Below are positions 1 through 12,800 of a stretch of 47,517 nt of DNA, piece by piece; within the stretch, counting starts at the first letter, position 1, and each line of letters begins with the position of its first letter. This DNA comes from Sanchytrium tribonematis (taxonomy: Eukaryota). The translations under genes and the position numbers were made by a program. The DNA lies in assembly GCA_018985235.1 (NCBI GenBank), contig JADGIG010000017.1:1-47517 (forward strand). Reading direction: 5' to 3'. The notes beneath the pieces are model-generated. The model was not told the DNA's origin. It was given only the letters and a program-made list of their open reading frames with translations, and ran no database searches.

Positions 1-301
1 ATGGAAGTGAAGATGTATGGATTTATAAATGTACCATTTCTGGATTTGTGAGATCTGGTGTATAAGTGAGATATTTTGATTTACCAAAAGCAGTCCAATA
101 CACTCTTTGAGATGAAGTAAATGCACTTAGAACTGTAATGAAAAGCATTGTGGCTTTTATTTTCAGCCCGAATTTATTTTCTAATCGTCATTAAAAATTA
201 GATAGACCTGCACATATCCTTAATTAGATAAATGGAAAAGTTCTCGGTTCTTTCATTACGGATTTGTGTTTCAAAAACAATATATTGAATTTATAAAAAT
301 T

Positions 302-1948
<1,647 letters not shown>

Positions 1949-2364
1949 TTGTTTCAAATAATAGTGGAATCGTTAAGTTTAATTGATTCCTTTTGGTTAA
2001 AGACAAGCAATGAGATCTATTTTTCTACTATGGTTGCGTGCTCTTCAATTTGGTTTCCAAAGCTTGGAAGAAATAAAATCGAAATCCTCGTCAAATTCAT
2101 GTGCCAGTATCATTATTAAAAAACAGAAGAGGTACATGAAAATATTGAATAAGTTTATGATACTCTTCCTTTTGCCATTTGATTTTCAGTTTGAGAGGCA
2201 AAATAGATTCGAGAGAAGGTTAAATTGACAACTCTCTTTGAACTTGTCATGATAAAAAATCTTAAACATAGAACGATGAATCGACGCCATAAGCATAAGG
2301 TTCACAGCCTAGAAAGTCATAAGTGAGTAAATTTTATCAAGTGACCTGACATAAGGGGTAAAAC

Positions 2365-3879
2365 ATGGACAATATTGAATCAATGGATGGGATTCCAGCC
2401 AAAGAATTATTTCATAAAAATGGGCTTACTTACAACGACTTTCTTATTTTGCCAGGTTACATTGATTTTGCTGCATCAGAAGTGGATGTATCTACAAGAT
2501 TGACTAGAAATTATTCAATTAAATTACCTTTACTATCCAGTCCTATGGACACCGTAACAGAGTCAAAAATGGCTATCCATATGGCATTACAAGGTGGTCT
2601 TGGTGTATTACATCATAATTGCTCTATTGAGGAACAAGCTTTAATGGTACGTCAGGTTAAAAAATATGAAAATGGATTTATTTCCGATCCAGTCACTTTA
2701 GACAAATCCGCTATTTTACAAGACGTATTAAAAATTGTTGAAAAATACGGATTCAGTGGTATTCCTATCACAGAAGATGGAAAAATGAACTCTAAACTTC
2801 TCGGTTTAATTACTCGAAGGGACTATGAATTTATCAAAGATGTGAACACTCCAGTCATCGATATTATGACAAAAGATTTAGTGACTGCTAAAGAAGGCGT
2901 CACTTTAGAAGAAGCAAACAAATTACTTCAAACTTCTAAAAAAGGAAAATTGCCAATTGTTAATGAAAAAGGAGAGTTGGTTGCACTAATTGCAAGAAGT
3001 GACTTGCTTAAGAACCAAAATTACCCAAATGCTTCCAAGAAACCACATACTAAGCAATTACTTTGCTGTGCTGCTATTGGAACCCGTAAAGAAGACCAGA
3101 AAAGATTGAAAGCTCTGGTTGAGGAAGGACTAGATATTGTTGTGATTGATTCAAGCCAGGGCAACTCTATCTATCAGTTAGAAATGATCAAGCATATTCG
3201 GCAACATTATGGATCTAAAATTGACATTATTGGTGGAAACGTAGTTTGTAGAGAACAGGCCCAATCTTTGATTGATGCTGGTGTAGACGCGTTGAGAGTA
3301 GGAATGGGATCTGGGTCAATTTGTATTACTCAAGAAGTCACTGCAGTCGGTAGACCACAAGGAACAGCAGTTTACCAGGTTAGTCAAGTTGCTAGAAAAC
3401 ACGATGTTCCTGTGATTGCAGATGGTGGTATTTCTAACACTGGCCATGCCATCAAGGCTTTGGCTGTTGGTGCTAGCTGTGTCATGATGGGAAGTTTATT
3501 GGCAGGTACTGATGAATCTCCAGGAAGTTATTTTTACCATGAGGGAAGAAGATTAAAAAAATATCGAGGAATGGGAAGTGTCGAAGCCATGCAAAAAAAT
3601 GAGTCAAGTCAAAGCAGATATTTCAGTGAAGCTAGTGTTGTTAAAGTAGCTCAGGGAGTTAGTGGTAGTGTTGTAGATCGTGGTCCTTTAAACAAATTTT
3701 TAGGGTATCTGCATGCTGGATTACAGCACGGATTCCAAGACATTGGCATTAAATCTATTGACGATTTACATAGCAATATGAACAAGGGATCAATTCGATT
3801 TGAGCAAAGAAGTCCTAGTGCTCAAATTGAAGGAAATGTACATGGACTGGTGCAATACGAGAAAAGATTGTATGCTTAA
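2365..3879 (+). CDS. IMPDH: Inosine-5'-monophosphate dehydrogenase (eukaryotic type, CBS pair)
   Basis: [16 protein letters not shown], catalytic [30 protein letters not shown]-terminal YEKRLY. Confidence 0.98.
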   Translation: MDNIESMDGIPAKELFHKNGLTYNDFLILPGYIDFAASEVDVSTRLTRNYSIKLPLLSSPMDTVTESKMAIHMALQGGLGVLHHNCSIEEQALMVRQVKKYENGFISDPVTLDKSAILQDVLKIVEKYGFSGIPITEDGKMNSKLLGLITRRDYEFIKDVNTPVIDIMTKDLVTAKEGVTLEEANKLLQTSKKGKLPIVNEKGELVALIARSDLLKNQNYPNASKKPHTKQLLCCAAIGTRKEDQKRLKALVEEGLDIVVIDSSQGNSIYQLEMIKHIRQHYGSKIDIIGGNVVCREQAQSLIDAGVDALRVGMGSGSICITQEVTAVGRPQGTAVYQVSQVARKHDVPVIADGGISNTGHAIKALAVGASCVMMGSLLAGTDESPGSYFYHEGRRLKKYRGMGSVEAMQKNESSQSRYFSEASVVKVAQGVSGSVVDRGPLNKFLGYLHAGLQHGFQDIGIKSIDDLHSNMNKGSIRFEQRSPSAQIEGNVHGLVQYEKRLYA

Positions 3880-3917
3880 AATATCAATAAAGCAAAGTAC
3901 CTTTATTGTTGGTACTT

Positions 3918-4778
3918 CTACCATTTATATGGCGGACATACCAGTAATATAATGTAAACAGCCAGTGAGAATATAATGGATTTCTTTCTGATCTCAGATG
4001 CTCTCATATCTTGGTATATGCAAGCATATTCATCTTCGACCGTTACGCCTTCATATTTTACAATATTTGCTTTGCGTTTTCCAGCAAAATAAACGCAAAA
4101 CTTACTCTTCCATTGTAGAAAGTAAATAAAGGACTCGTAAATTAAAGGAAAAGTACACAATCTATAATAATTGTATTCCTGAAATCCCATAATCAGCCCA
4201 TAAAACGACCCTGTAAATACCAAGAATGCCATTGCAAAGATCAGCCTCAAATTTTGGTGGTGCTTTTGAATATTTTGATTCAAATGTGTTTCCTTGAATT
4301 TGGGCAAATCATTTTGAAGAATAGTCTCCATAATAGATTGCTTTGCAGGAAGAAATATAGCCGGAGAGTATTCGCCATTTCTAAATTGGTTCAGGCAATG
4401 ATCCCTTATATCAGAGTAGATATTGATTTCAAGTCTAGATCCTGGTAGAATATATAAATCAACCAATTTAGCACATATGGATTTCGCCCAAATATCAAGA
4501 TCCTCTGAAGACTTTGGATCGCACTGATAGTCCTGCATTCCTTTAATTTGACTTACAGTGGTATCATTGTTATCCAGCTTACTTTCGATTTTTAATTTTA
4601 CACATTCTCGACGATAAACTTCCATAAATTTAGATATCTCAAAGTAAAACAATGTGCATTCAGTGGTGTAAGTGCTTTCCACGAATTGAATCCACTTCTG
4701 ACGTGTAATTGGTTCTTTTGTCTGCCCAGAAAATATTTTATGAATTAATTCTTTGTCCCCAAGTAGATGGTTTTTCAT
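3918..4778 (-). CDS. RGS-domain membrane protein, Rax1-like architecture
   Basis: F..FVESTYTTECTLFY...YILPGSRLEINI...IFLPAK RGS signature followed by about three hydrophobic helices. Confidence 0.75.
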   Translation of the reverse strand: MKNHLLGDKELIHKIFSGQTKEPITRQKWIQFVESTYTTECTLFYFEISKFMEVYRRECVKLKIESKLDNNDTTVSQIKGMQDYQCDPKSSEDLDIWAKSICAKLVDLYILPGSRLEINIYSDIRDHCLNQFRNGEYSPAIFLPAKQSIMETILQNDLPKFKETHLNQNIQKHHQNLRLIFAMAFLVFTGSFYGLIMGFQEYNYYRLCTFPLIYESFIYFLQWKSKFCVYFAGKRKANIVKYEGVTVEDEYACIYQDMRASEIRKKSIIFSLAVYIILLVCPPYKW

Positions 4779-5039
4779 GAATGTGGCTTGCTATTATCGA
4801 ATTGATGGTGTAACTGCAGAATTATTGTTGTGGGTCTTAATAAAAAATTAATTATTGATAATTATTGTGACCAAATTTATCATCAAAACATCGACAAATT
4901 GAAATTTTTTTAATGAATAACTCAAAGTCCTTGGGATCGATTATGGGTTTCCGCGGTATTTTATCTGTGACGCTAAAACAATTCTTTTCTAGTACTCCTT
5001 TGTATGCGTTTTATGGATAAGGGTTTGTGTACTCAATAT

Positions 5040-5579
5040 TTATTGAAATAGAACGAAAAAAATGGTCATAATAAATGTGGAATCATAAAAATTTTGAACA
5101 CCGGCATTTCTTACATAGGTGTCGTTTTGATTTTTACTTGGAGGCGTAGGAGTAGCCGCAGATGGATTTGCAGGCGTCACAGTGTTCTTTGGGATAGGAT
5201 TTGCACTTGGAGGTGGTACGTTTTGAACACTCGCACCTTTAATTTGGACAACCGGACTCAAAACACAATCACCGACAACTTGCGCGTTGCAAACTTGGAT
5301 AATATAATTTCCTGAAGCCCAATCTGCTGGGAGTGTATAAATCCATCTTGCCCATTCAGAAGGATCGTATTGCGCGATATTTCTATAAACTGCTTTAGTA
5401 TCAGCGTATAAACAATCAATATTCACACTTACTGGATATCCTGGCGCAAGAGCAACTGGGGTATTTCCTGCTAACCATTCAATATTGATCTCAGTACCAG
5501 CTGTCCAGATTTCACCAACTACAGGTTTATTCAATGTCAACATTGTAGCTTGCACAACATTTGAGAAAATGGGTAACAT
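5040..5579 (-). CDS. Putative secreted/GPI-anchored surface protein (Kre9/Knh1-like N-terminal domain, Pro/Thr-rich stalk)
   Basis: P..GEIWTAG..INIEW and W.YTLP...SG.Y.I motifs; P/T-rich linker; hydrophobic C-terminus IMTIFFVLFQ. Confidence 0.65.
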   Translation of the reverse strand: MLPIFSNVVQATMLTLNKPVVGEIWTAGTEINIEWLAGNTPVALAPGYPVSVNIDCLYADTKAVYRNIAQYDPSEWARWIYTLPADWASGNYIIQVCNAQVVGDCVLSPVVQIKGASVQNVPPPSANPIPKNTVTPANPSAATPTPPSKNQNDTYVRNAGVQNFYDSTFIMTIFFVLFQ

Positions 5580-5857
5580 AACAATTTCGCGACATTTTTT
5601 TCAAGTCAGAGGATTTGATTTAAATGGTCAGAAATATGTTTATTATAAACTCCGATCGTCAATCAGTGCTTTGAGTTTTTCATAGGCTTCTTGAACTTAG
5701 AAAAATTTTGATTTTTTGTAAATTCTGTTTATATTTTTTGATGACATTTACACTGCAATGAATTTGCTTAAATGGATTTGCGCTTTAATAACGAGATATA
5801 AATTATTTTGTCAATGAGAAGTACACTTGCAATAATTAATCTGATTTAATTTTTTAA

Positions 5858-6295
5858 ATGTTTTTCAAAATCTTCCATAAAAAAGAAAAAGATACTATAA
5901 AAGAAGAATATTCCAAGTTATCTGAAATTAAACGCTACCAACAAATGCGATGGATCTCTCTTATAACAGAAGGAAATGGAGAATATTATTTTGCATCGTT
6001 AAATGCACCCATGCTACAAAAGACTTGGTCGGCAGAGAAAAAAAAAGAAATGCTCTGCAAACTCAACCAATTAACGAAAGATGTGGACCGCTATGTTGAT
6101 TGCTGTAAGGTTGATAATGATGATATCATATCAGTTCGTAGTAGAATAGATCTTTCAATCCGTGCAATAAATAGAAGTTTAATTTATTTAACGAATCAAT
6201 GGGATATTACAGAGATGGAAAAATCATCAATTCGTCCTTCGCCAACAAATGAAGTCTTCAGCAGCTCAACTCCCCCCATATTTTGTGAATTTTAA
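5858..6295 (+). CDS. Hypothetical protein, 145 aa
   Basis: ATG-initiated ORF in AT-rich context followed by an AATAA-type signal; no motif recognised. Confidence 0.55.
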   Translation: MFFKIFHKKEKDTIKEEYSKLSEIKRYQQMRWISLITEGNGEYYFASLNAPMLQKTWSAEKKKEMLCKLNQLTKDVDRYVDCCKVDNDDIISVRSRIDLSIRAINRSLIYLTNQWDITEMEKSSIRPSPTNEVFSSSTPPIFCEF

Positions 6296-6381
6296 AATAA
6301 TTCAGCAGATAAAGACTTTAATTCTCGGCTAATTCTTTTAGTGGTTAAACAACTTCTTTATTAACGCTCCTTGATTTTCTT

Positions 6382-7260
6382 TTACTCTAAACTACGACCC
6401 TCCAATTTGTTTTCTACTTTCATACTCTGAAAATTCTCTTTACACACTTTCAAGGTGTTGCTGAGTAGTTCAAAGTCGGCTTCCTTCCATGTGGGTTCTC
6501 CTAAAATGAGTCTCTTTGTATCCAAAGAACTAACCCATTCGTCCTGATTAGGATGCTTTCCAGGCATAAACATATTTTTGGTCGAATATTTAATATCGCG
6601 AATCACATCCACATTTACCAATTTGTTATAGAAATCATTATCTTGACGATAAAGACATTCGACAACTTTTGATCGCTTTGGTGTAGATTTGAAATCAAGA
6701 TCGCCAACGACCGTAAACACAGAGTATTCATCACCATTAGTAAAAGTCACATGGTCCCAATTTATAGTAGCTTTTGAATTTTCATACACTGGTACAAATA
6801 CCTTTCTTTTCGTTAAAAATTTAGCATAGACGGATAAAGAATCTAAATCGATAGGAATCTGCATATCGATTTCTTTACTATTGACTTCATTAGAGAGACC
6901 CGCTTCCACAAATTTTATAACTAATTTTCTTTGACCTTCTACTTCTTCCACTTTGACCCAAACATTCCTTAAAGTTAAATCCTTTAAAATATAGTATTCT
7001 TTTTTGTAAATAAGTTTGCCATCTTCAAACGGATTCCACTTTGATTTTATTTCATTTGTAGGCTCAACGTGCGAAATTTTGTTAACAGATATTTCATCTG
7101 AAGACTTGTTATGTAAAACTTTGTTTTCCAATGCTTTTGAAGATGTTTTCAAAAATTTCTTAAGTTGGCCCAAGTTGGTAATGTCGTGCGCATTAAAGAA
7201 TTTTTGAGCATCCTGTTTTACGTCTGCTTCTTTATTACCCAAGTCGTACGATACATACAT
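6382..7260 (-). CDS. Hypothetical protein, ~292 aa
   Basis: Long ORF; first in-frame ATG after an upstream TGA is 7260; no family recognised. Confidence 0.65.
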   Translation of the reverse strand: MYVSYDLGNKEADVKQDAQKFFNAHDITNLGQLKKFLKTSSKALENKVLHNKSSDEISVNKISHVEPTNEIKSKWNPFEDGKLIYKKEYYILKDLTLRNVWVKVEEVEGQRKLVIKFVEAGLSNEVNSKEIDMQIPIDLDSLSVYAKFLTKRKVFVPVYENSKATINWDHVTFTNGDEYSVFTVVGDLDFKSTPKRSKVVECLYRQDNDFYNKLVNVDVIRDIKYSTKNMFMPGKHPNQDEWVSSLDTKRLILGEPTWKEADFELLSNTLKVCKENFQSMKVENKLEGRSLE

Positions 7261-7333
7261 ATTAAGTTCAACAGACAAAAAATAAGTTCGTCAGAGGAGC
7301 ATTTTTTTTAAAATAGATTCTGTTAAATTTCAA

Positions 7334-7407
7334 CCAATCAAAAGGCCATACAATTCTTGCACATACACACTTATTTACCAACCAATCAACAAGCATCACA
7401 CCAATCA
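7334..7407 (+). promoter_or_regulatory. Three CCAATCA (CCAAT-box-like) motifs in the divergent promoter upstream of urease
   Basis: CCAATCA at 7334, 7382 and 7401; the same heptamer occurs at 16906 and 16993 in another divergent intergenic region. Confidence 0.45.
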
Positions 7408-7493
7408 ACTTAGCACCCTTGAATTAAATTAAGAGGTATGATTTTATGATTTTACTGATAACAAGTTCGCGAGATTCATAAATTCTCTCCGTG

Positions 7494-9878
7494 ATGCAAT
7501 TGTTACAACGAGAAGCAGAAAAATTGCAAATTTATACAATGGCACAAATAGCCGTGTCTAAATTAAAGATAGGACAGCGATTAAATATACCATTTACAAT
7601 CGCACTTATTACGCATTTATGCCTCCAGCACATGTCAATGCATTCAGTCGCAGAATTAATGAGCTTGGCGCGACAATGGATAGGTAAGGACATGGTCATG
7701 TTTGGTGTCAACAGCGTAGTGACTAGTATACAAGTTGAAGGAACATTTAGAGATGGCACTAAATTACTAACGGTTCATTATCCCATTTGCGAATTTGGTA
7801 ACTGGAAATTACTTGGGCTTGAAAAAAAAGAATTGCCTTTATTGGACAATGTTTGTCCTGGTGAATACATTAATGCACCTGGATTAATCACCTTGAACGA
7901 AAATAGACGAAAAATCTCATTTGTGGTTAAAAATACCGGTGATCGGCCTATTCAAATTGGATCTCATTATCCATTTAGTGAAGCAAATCCATATTTATTA
8001 TTCGATAGACTTGCTTCAGTCAATATGCATTTGGATATTCCATCAGGAACATCTGTTAGATTTGAACCAGGACAATCTCACACAGTTCAATTATGTGAAT
8101 ATTCTGGCAACAAGAAAGTATCTGGTGCCAATGGAATCACAGCACAATTGCTTGAAAAGAATATTCCAACTGGATACAAACATGAAGTATCTGAGATTAA
8201 GACAGATTGCACCAACAAGAAATTAACGCACGAAGATTATTGTCATTTATATGGGCCTACTACAGGTGATAAAATTAGATTAGCAGATACAAATATTTTG
8301 ATTGAAGTAGAAAAAGATTTATCTATGTATGGCGACGAGTCTGTGTTTGGAGGTGGAAAATCAATAAGAGAAGGCATGTTACAATCCAACTCAGATTGCA
8401 GTAATCCAATGGATGTCGTGATTACAAATTGTTTAATATTAGATTATACTGGAATATATAAAGCAGATGTTGGCATTAAAAATGAAGAAATTGCGTGTAT
8501 TGGAAAATCAGGTAATCCAGATATTACGGAATGCGATATGCACATTACAGCGCACACAGATATTATTAGCGGTGAGCATATGATTTTGACTGCTGGTGCT
8601 ATAGATACTCATGTACATTTCATAAGTAGAGAAATGTGTTTAAATGCATTGGAAAGTGGCACAACAACTTTAATTGGAGGTGGAAATGGACCCACAACAG
8701 GCACCAATGCAACAACTTGCACACCTGGTATAGCAGTGAAGCACATGCTGCAAGATTCAGATGATTTACCCATTAATTTGGGATTTACAGGAAAAGGCAA
8801 TTCCACCAATTTAAAACATTTACAAGCTCAAATAGATATGGGATGCGTGGGTCTAAAATTACATGAAGATTGGGGAACTTCTACAAGTGCTATTGATGCT
8901 TGCTTGACTATTTGTGAAAAGAATGATGTACAGTGCACCATTCACACAGATACTTTAAATGAAGGTGGATTCGTACAAGAAACCATTAAAGCATTCAAGG
9001 GAAGAACCATCCACACATACCACACTGAGGGTGCTGGGGGAGGCCACGCACCAGATATTATTACTTTGGCTCAATTTCCAAATGTGATACCCAGTAGTAC
9101 AAATCCCACGAGATGCTTAACTGTGAATACAATTGACGAGCATCTGGATATGCTCATGGTATGCCATCATTTAAATAAGAATATTAAGGAAGATTTGCAA
9201 TTTGCAGAAAGTCGAATTAGAAAAGAAACCATCATGGCAGAAGATGTGATGCAAGATCGTGGTATTTTAAGTATTATTAGCAGTGATAGCATGGCCATGG
9301 GTAGAATTGGAGAAGTGATTAGTAGAACATGGCAAAGTTGTCATCATATGATTGAGCAAGAACAGACTCAAAATCAAACACAAAATGAGCGAGTGAAGCG
9401 ATATATTGCGAAATACACGATAAATCCAGCAATTGCACATGGATTCGGACATTTACTAGGAAGTATTGAAGTGGGTAAGGTAGCTGATTTGGTGCTATGG
9501 CAACCTGCCTATTTTGGAAGCAAACCATTTATGATTATTAAACAAGGTAAAATATGTATGAGCCAAATGGGAGATGGGAATGCTAGTATACCCACGTGTG
9601 AACCAGTTATTATGAGAAAACAATTTGGTTATCGGAACAACGGAATTGCGTTTATCAGCAAATCAAGTTCTGCTAATGTCGAAAAATACAAATTAAGCAA
9701 GCGGATAGAAGTTGTCAAGAATTGCAATAATGTTGGAAAGAAAGATATGAAATTAAACAGTGAATGTCCTGAAATCACCGTCAATCCAGAAACTTTTCAA
9801 GTGCGGGTCAATGGTGAATTGATGGTTAGTAAAGAAGCAGAGACCTTGCCATTGAGTACTTTATATCAAGCTTTTTAA
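7494..9878 (+). CDS. URE1: Urease, single-chain gamma-beta-alpha fusion (eukaryotic type), 794 aa
   Basis: QVEGTFRDGTKL (gamma), GDRPIQIGSHY (beta), Ni ligands in DTHVH, GLKLHEDWG, IHTDT, YHTEGAGGGH, SSDS, and flap MVCHHL, all intact. Confidence 0.97.
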   Translation: MQLLQREAEKLQIYTMAQIAVSKLKIGQRLNIPFTIALITHLCLQHMSMHSVAELMSLARQWIGKDMVMFGVNSVVTSIQVEGTFRDGTKLLTVHYPICEFGNWKLLGLEKKELPLLDNVCPGEYINAPGLITLNENRRKISFVVKNTGDRPIQIGSHYPFSEANPYLLFDRLASVNMHLDIPSGTSVRFEPGQSHTVQLCEYSGNKKVSGANGITAQLLEKNIPTGYKHEVSEIKTDCTNKKLTHEDYCHLYGPTTGDKIRLADTNILIEVEKDLSMYGDESVFGGGKSIREGMLQSNSDCSNPMDVVITNCLILDYTGIYKADVGIKNEEIACIGKSGNPDITECDMHITAHTDIISGEHMILTAGAIDTHVHFISREMCLNALESGTTTLIGGGNGPTTGTNATTCTPGIAVKHMLQDSDDLPINLGFTGKGNSTNLKHLQAQIDMGCVGLKLHEDWGTSTSAIDACLTICEKNDVQCTIHTDTLNEGGFVQETIKAFKGRTIHTYHTEGAGGGHAPDIITLAQFPNVIPSSTNPTRCLTVNTIDEHLDMLMVCHHLNKNIKEDLQFAESRIRKETIMAEDVMQDRGILSIISSDSMAMGRIGEVISRTWQSCHHMIEQEQTQNQTQNERVKRYIAKYTINPAIAHGFGHLLGSIEVGKVADLVLWQPAYFGSKPFMIIKQGKICMSQMGDGNASIPTCEPVIMRKQFGYRNNGIAFISKSSSANVEKYKLSKRIEVVKNCNNVGKKDMKLNSECPEITVNPETFQVRVNGELMVSKEAETLPLSTLYQAF

Positions 9879-9897
9879 TAAATATGACAAAATTTAT

Positions 9898-12800
9898 TTA
9901 ACAACCTTGAAATGATTTAAATGATGCAATTGTTTTGACTTGCTTCACATTTTGTTGTAAATCAAAATAATTTGTAAATTTGTCTTGATTTTCGAAAAAT
10001 GACAAAAGGGGCTCAACATTTTCTTCAAAAATAAGACTTGAAAAAGCGCTGCTAATCAATGACCTGCATTCTAAAAATTGATACAAAAACAAATTTCTAA
10101 AGCACAAATTAACACATTTTTCAAAATACATGGATTTCAGATTACAATCTAATTTGTGCAAGGACTGCGCCAATGCATTGCCACGAAGGATTTTATAGGC
10201 ATTTGATTTCGATTTTGAGATGCTGAGCCACTTCTTGATGGCACGCTCAAATTTCGATAACAAATGAGAATTACACTCAAAAACAATCGTTTCCAAAGTG
10301 CCGTGTTTAGAAGCTTGGATGTATTTCATGAAATTTTCGACTGGCTCTGGTTTTTTGTTTAAGATTGGACAGCTCAAAATATGAGTGGATTCATTTAAAT
10401 TGATTGTAACGACATTTGGGTCATCGGAGGCCTTTTTAAAGAGATAAATGACTGGGTCATGCATTTCATATTGTATCGTTTCCCACATAAAATGGCCAAT
10501 GGCTGTCGGATGGCTTGTATTTTCATTTAAAAGAACCTCTGAAAACAAATTTGTGTCTCTGATTATATGTTTTTTCAAATCCATCAGTTGGTTGTGTTTT
10601 CGAATAAGCTGAAGCAACACAAAACAAGCTTTGTAAAATCTAGTATAAAATATAAAACGATAATGTCCTAGACTTTGGCTTGAGCTGGAAGCCAATACAC
10701 TCCATCTGTCTAGAAATTGAGTAGTTAAAACGCCCATGAAACCAAATAATTCAGTCATGAATCTTTGCAAGGGGCCCATGTTAAAAGAATGCACAGAATG
10801 GTCTTTTGCGCAGTAATTAGAATAATAAGAAAAAGGAATTAGTAAATACTCAAACATAGGATGCCTAGCGGCCATGATCACAGAATGAGAAACAAAGAGT
10901 TCCAACAGCGTCAAAAATATCCAAGGAGACACGCAAATTTGATTTCTTTTTGCCAAGTTGACTGTTTTCAGTAGAAAAGGCCCTAATTTCATTTGAGATT
11001 CCATGGTTTGGTGTAGTTTCAAAGACATTAAAACTTCATTATAAGCGATTAAATATTCTGCATTGCTCACGTCTTTCATTGAAATATCATTTAATGTCGC
11101 AAATAATGATACAGCACAATAATAATTGGAATTATTCGTGATATCATTTCTAGAAGTCAATTGTTTGATGTAAAAATGCATAGCTTGTTTGTATTTATAA
11201 AATGGATGCTCTCCGGCATGAATCCAATATTCAGGAAACACAACAAACACTCGGAGGAGAGACAGCATCGAACTATTTTGAAAAACATTTGGCACAATTT
11301 TCTGAAATCTGCCGTACAAATTTAAACAAAACAAGCTGAGTGATTCTATCCATCTAAATAAATTTTCATAGTCGTACATAACTTTCCAATCGACACCGAT
11401 TGGAAGCTCCAAATTAAACTGGTTCAAAATAGGCCCAAAATCTGGATCGAATTTGAAAATACAATCAACCGAATTCTCAAAAGTTTGCACATGCCTCCTC
11501 ATCATAGATGGAAGGCCATTAAATATTTGGATGCTATATTTTACAGTATCATTTTTATGTTCAGGATATACACAGGAGGATTGTTCTGCTTTAGATCCGA
11601 TTTTTACAAAACGGTCCTCTTGTTTTACAATTCCTAATTCTAATAAAAGATAATTGAATTTCCTATATTCAGCCTTATTGGAATACGCCTTGAGCAATCG
11701 TAGTTTAAAAAGCCACGCAACAATGTCGTTTAATAAATCGATAAATTTTTTAAATTCCAACTTATTTCGTTGCTTTGAAACATACAGCAATTTAAAATAA
11801 GGGTCTAATTTATCGAGGTTATCTTTTGATAGTGGTAGTTTCTGTAGGTAGTTGTGAAAAAACTCTTCGTTTTCATTTCTCCCAATTATTTTCAAATCCT
11901 TTAAAAGCGAATCGGAAATACCATAGGTACACAAAGCAATGTTCACATGCGACAAAGGACATTCTATGTCGTACTTTTTGTAAATATGCAGCAAATGGCC
12001 ATAATCATGAGATTCAAGTAAAAAGTTAATTCCTTTCTCCTTTAAATCCATCTTGATTGAAAATTCAGCTGCCATTCTAATTCTTTTGAATTCTAAGAAA
12101 GTTTTAAACAATATCTCCTGATCGTTGCTATAGAGCAATACTAGCAATTGCTGTAATTCTGATTTAGTCACACGATCATCTCGGGCGAATATTTCCCGAA
12201 CAAATTTAGAGAGTTGTTTGATGGCTGCAGAATAGGAGTCAGAAATAGGTTTGAGTAATTGAAAAGCTTTGGAATATAAATTATACTCGCTATTGGATAT
12301 AAAACAGCGTAAAAATTTCTCAGGACTTTCAATCTGGCTTGAATTTTTTATACTCAAATGAACAAATGGCTCAAGGCGATTGTAATAGCAATTGCAATTA
12401 ATTTTGTCATCTTTCTCGTAGTTTGGCTTGCCAAATGCATCTAAAAAAACCTGAAGTTGGTTTGAAATATCATCAAGAAGCATATTTTTAATGTTAGCAT
12501 CTAAAACGGATTGAAAAAAGGAAACTGCATTTTGATAATCGCCATTTCTCCAACATTGAATAGCCTTGGTTCTATTCTGCTCAATTTCACTACCAGCACG
12601 TCTAAAGCAACGCAAAGCGGCTGCAAAATTATCTCGGTTTCGTAATTCAATTCCTTTTTCAAGAAATTCTTCCATGGTTGAATGAACAGCAAAATTACCT
12701 GCACCATCTACAACTCTATCAAATGTGGAGCCAAACAACGACTTTAAAATATTACCAGCTTCTATTTTTTCATCAAACATAATCAGTCTATTTTGGCTTC

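Noticed and set aside
1..65. Possible 3' end of a plus-strand gene (GSEDVWIYKCTISGFVRSGV*)
   Set aside because: Only 20 codons visible; cannot be supported.
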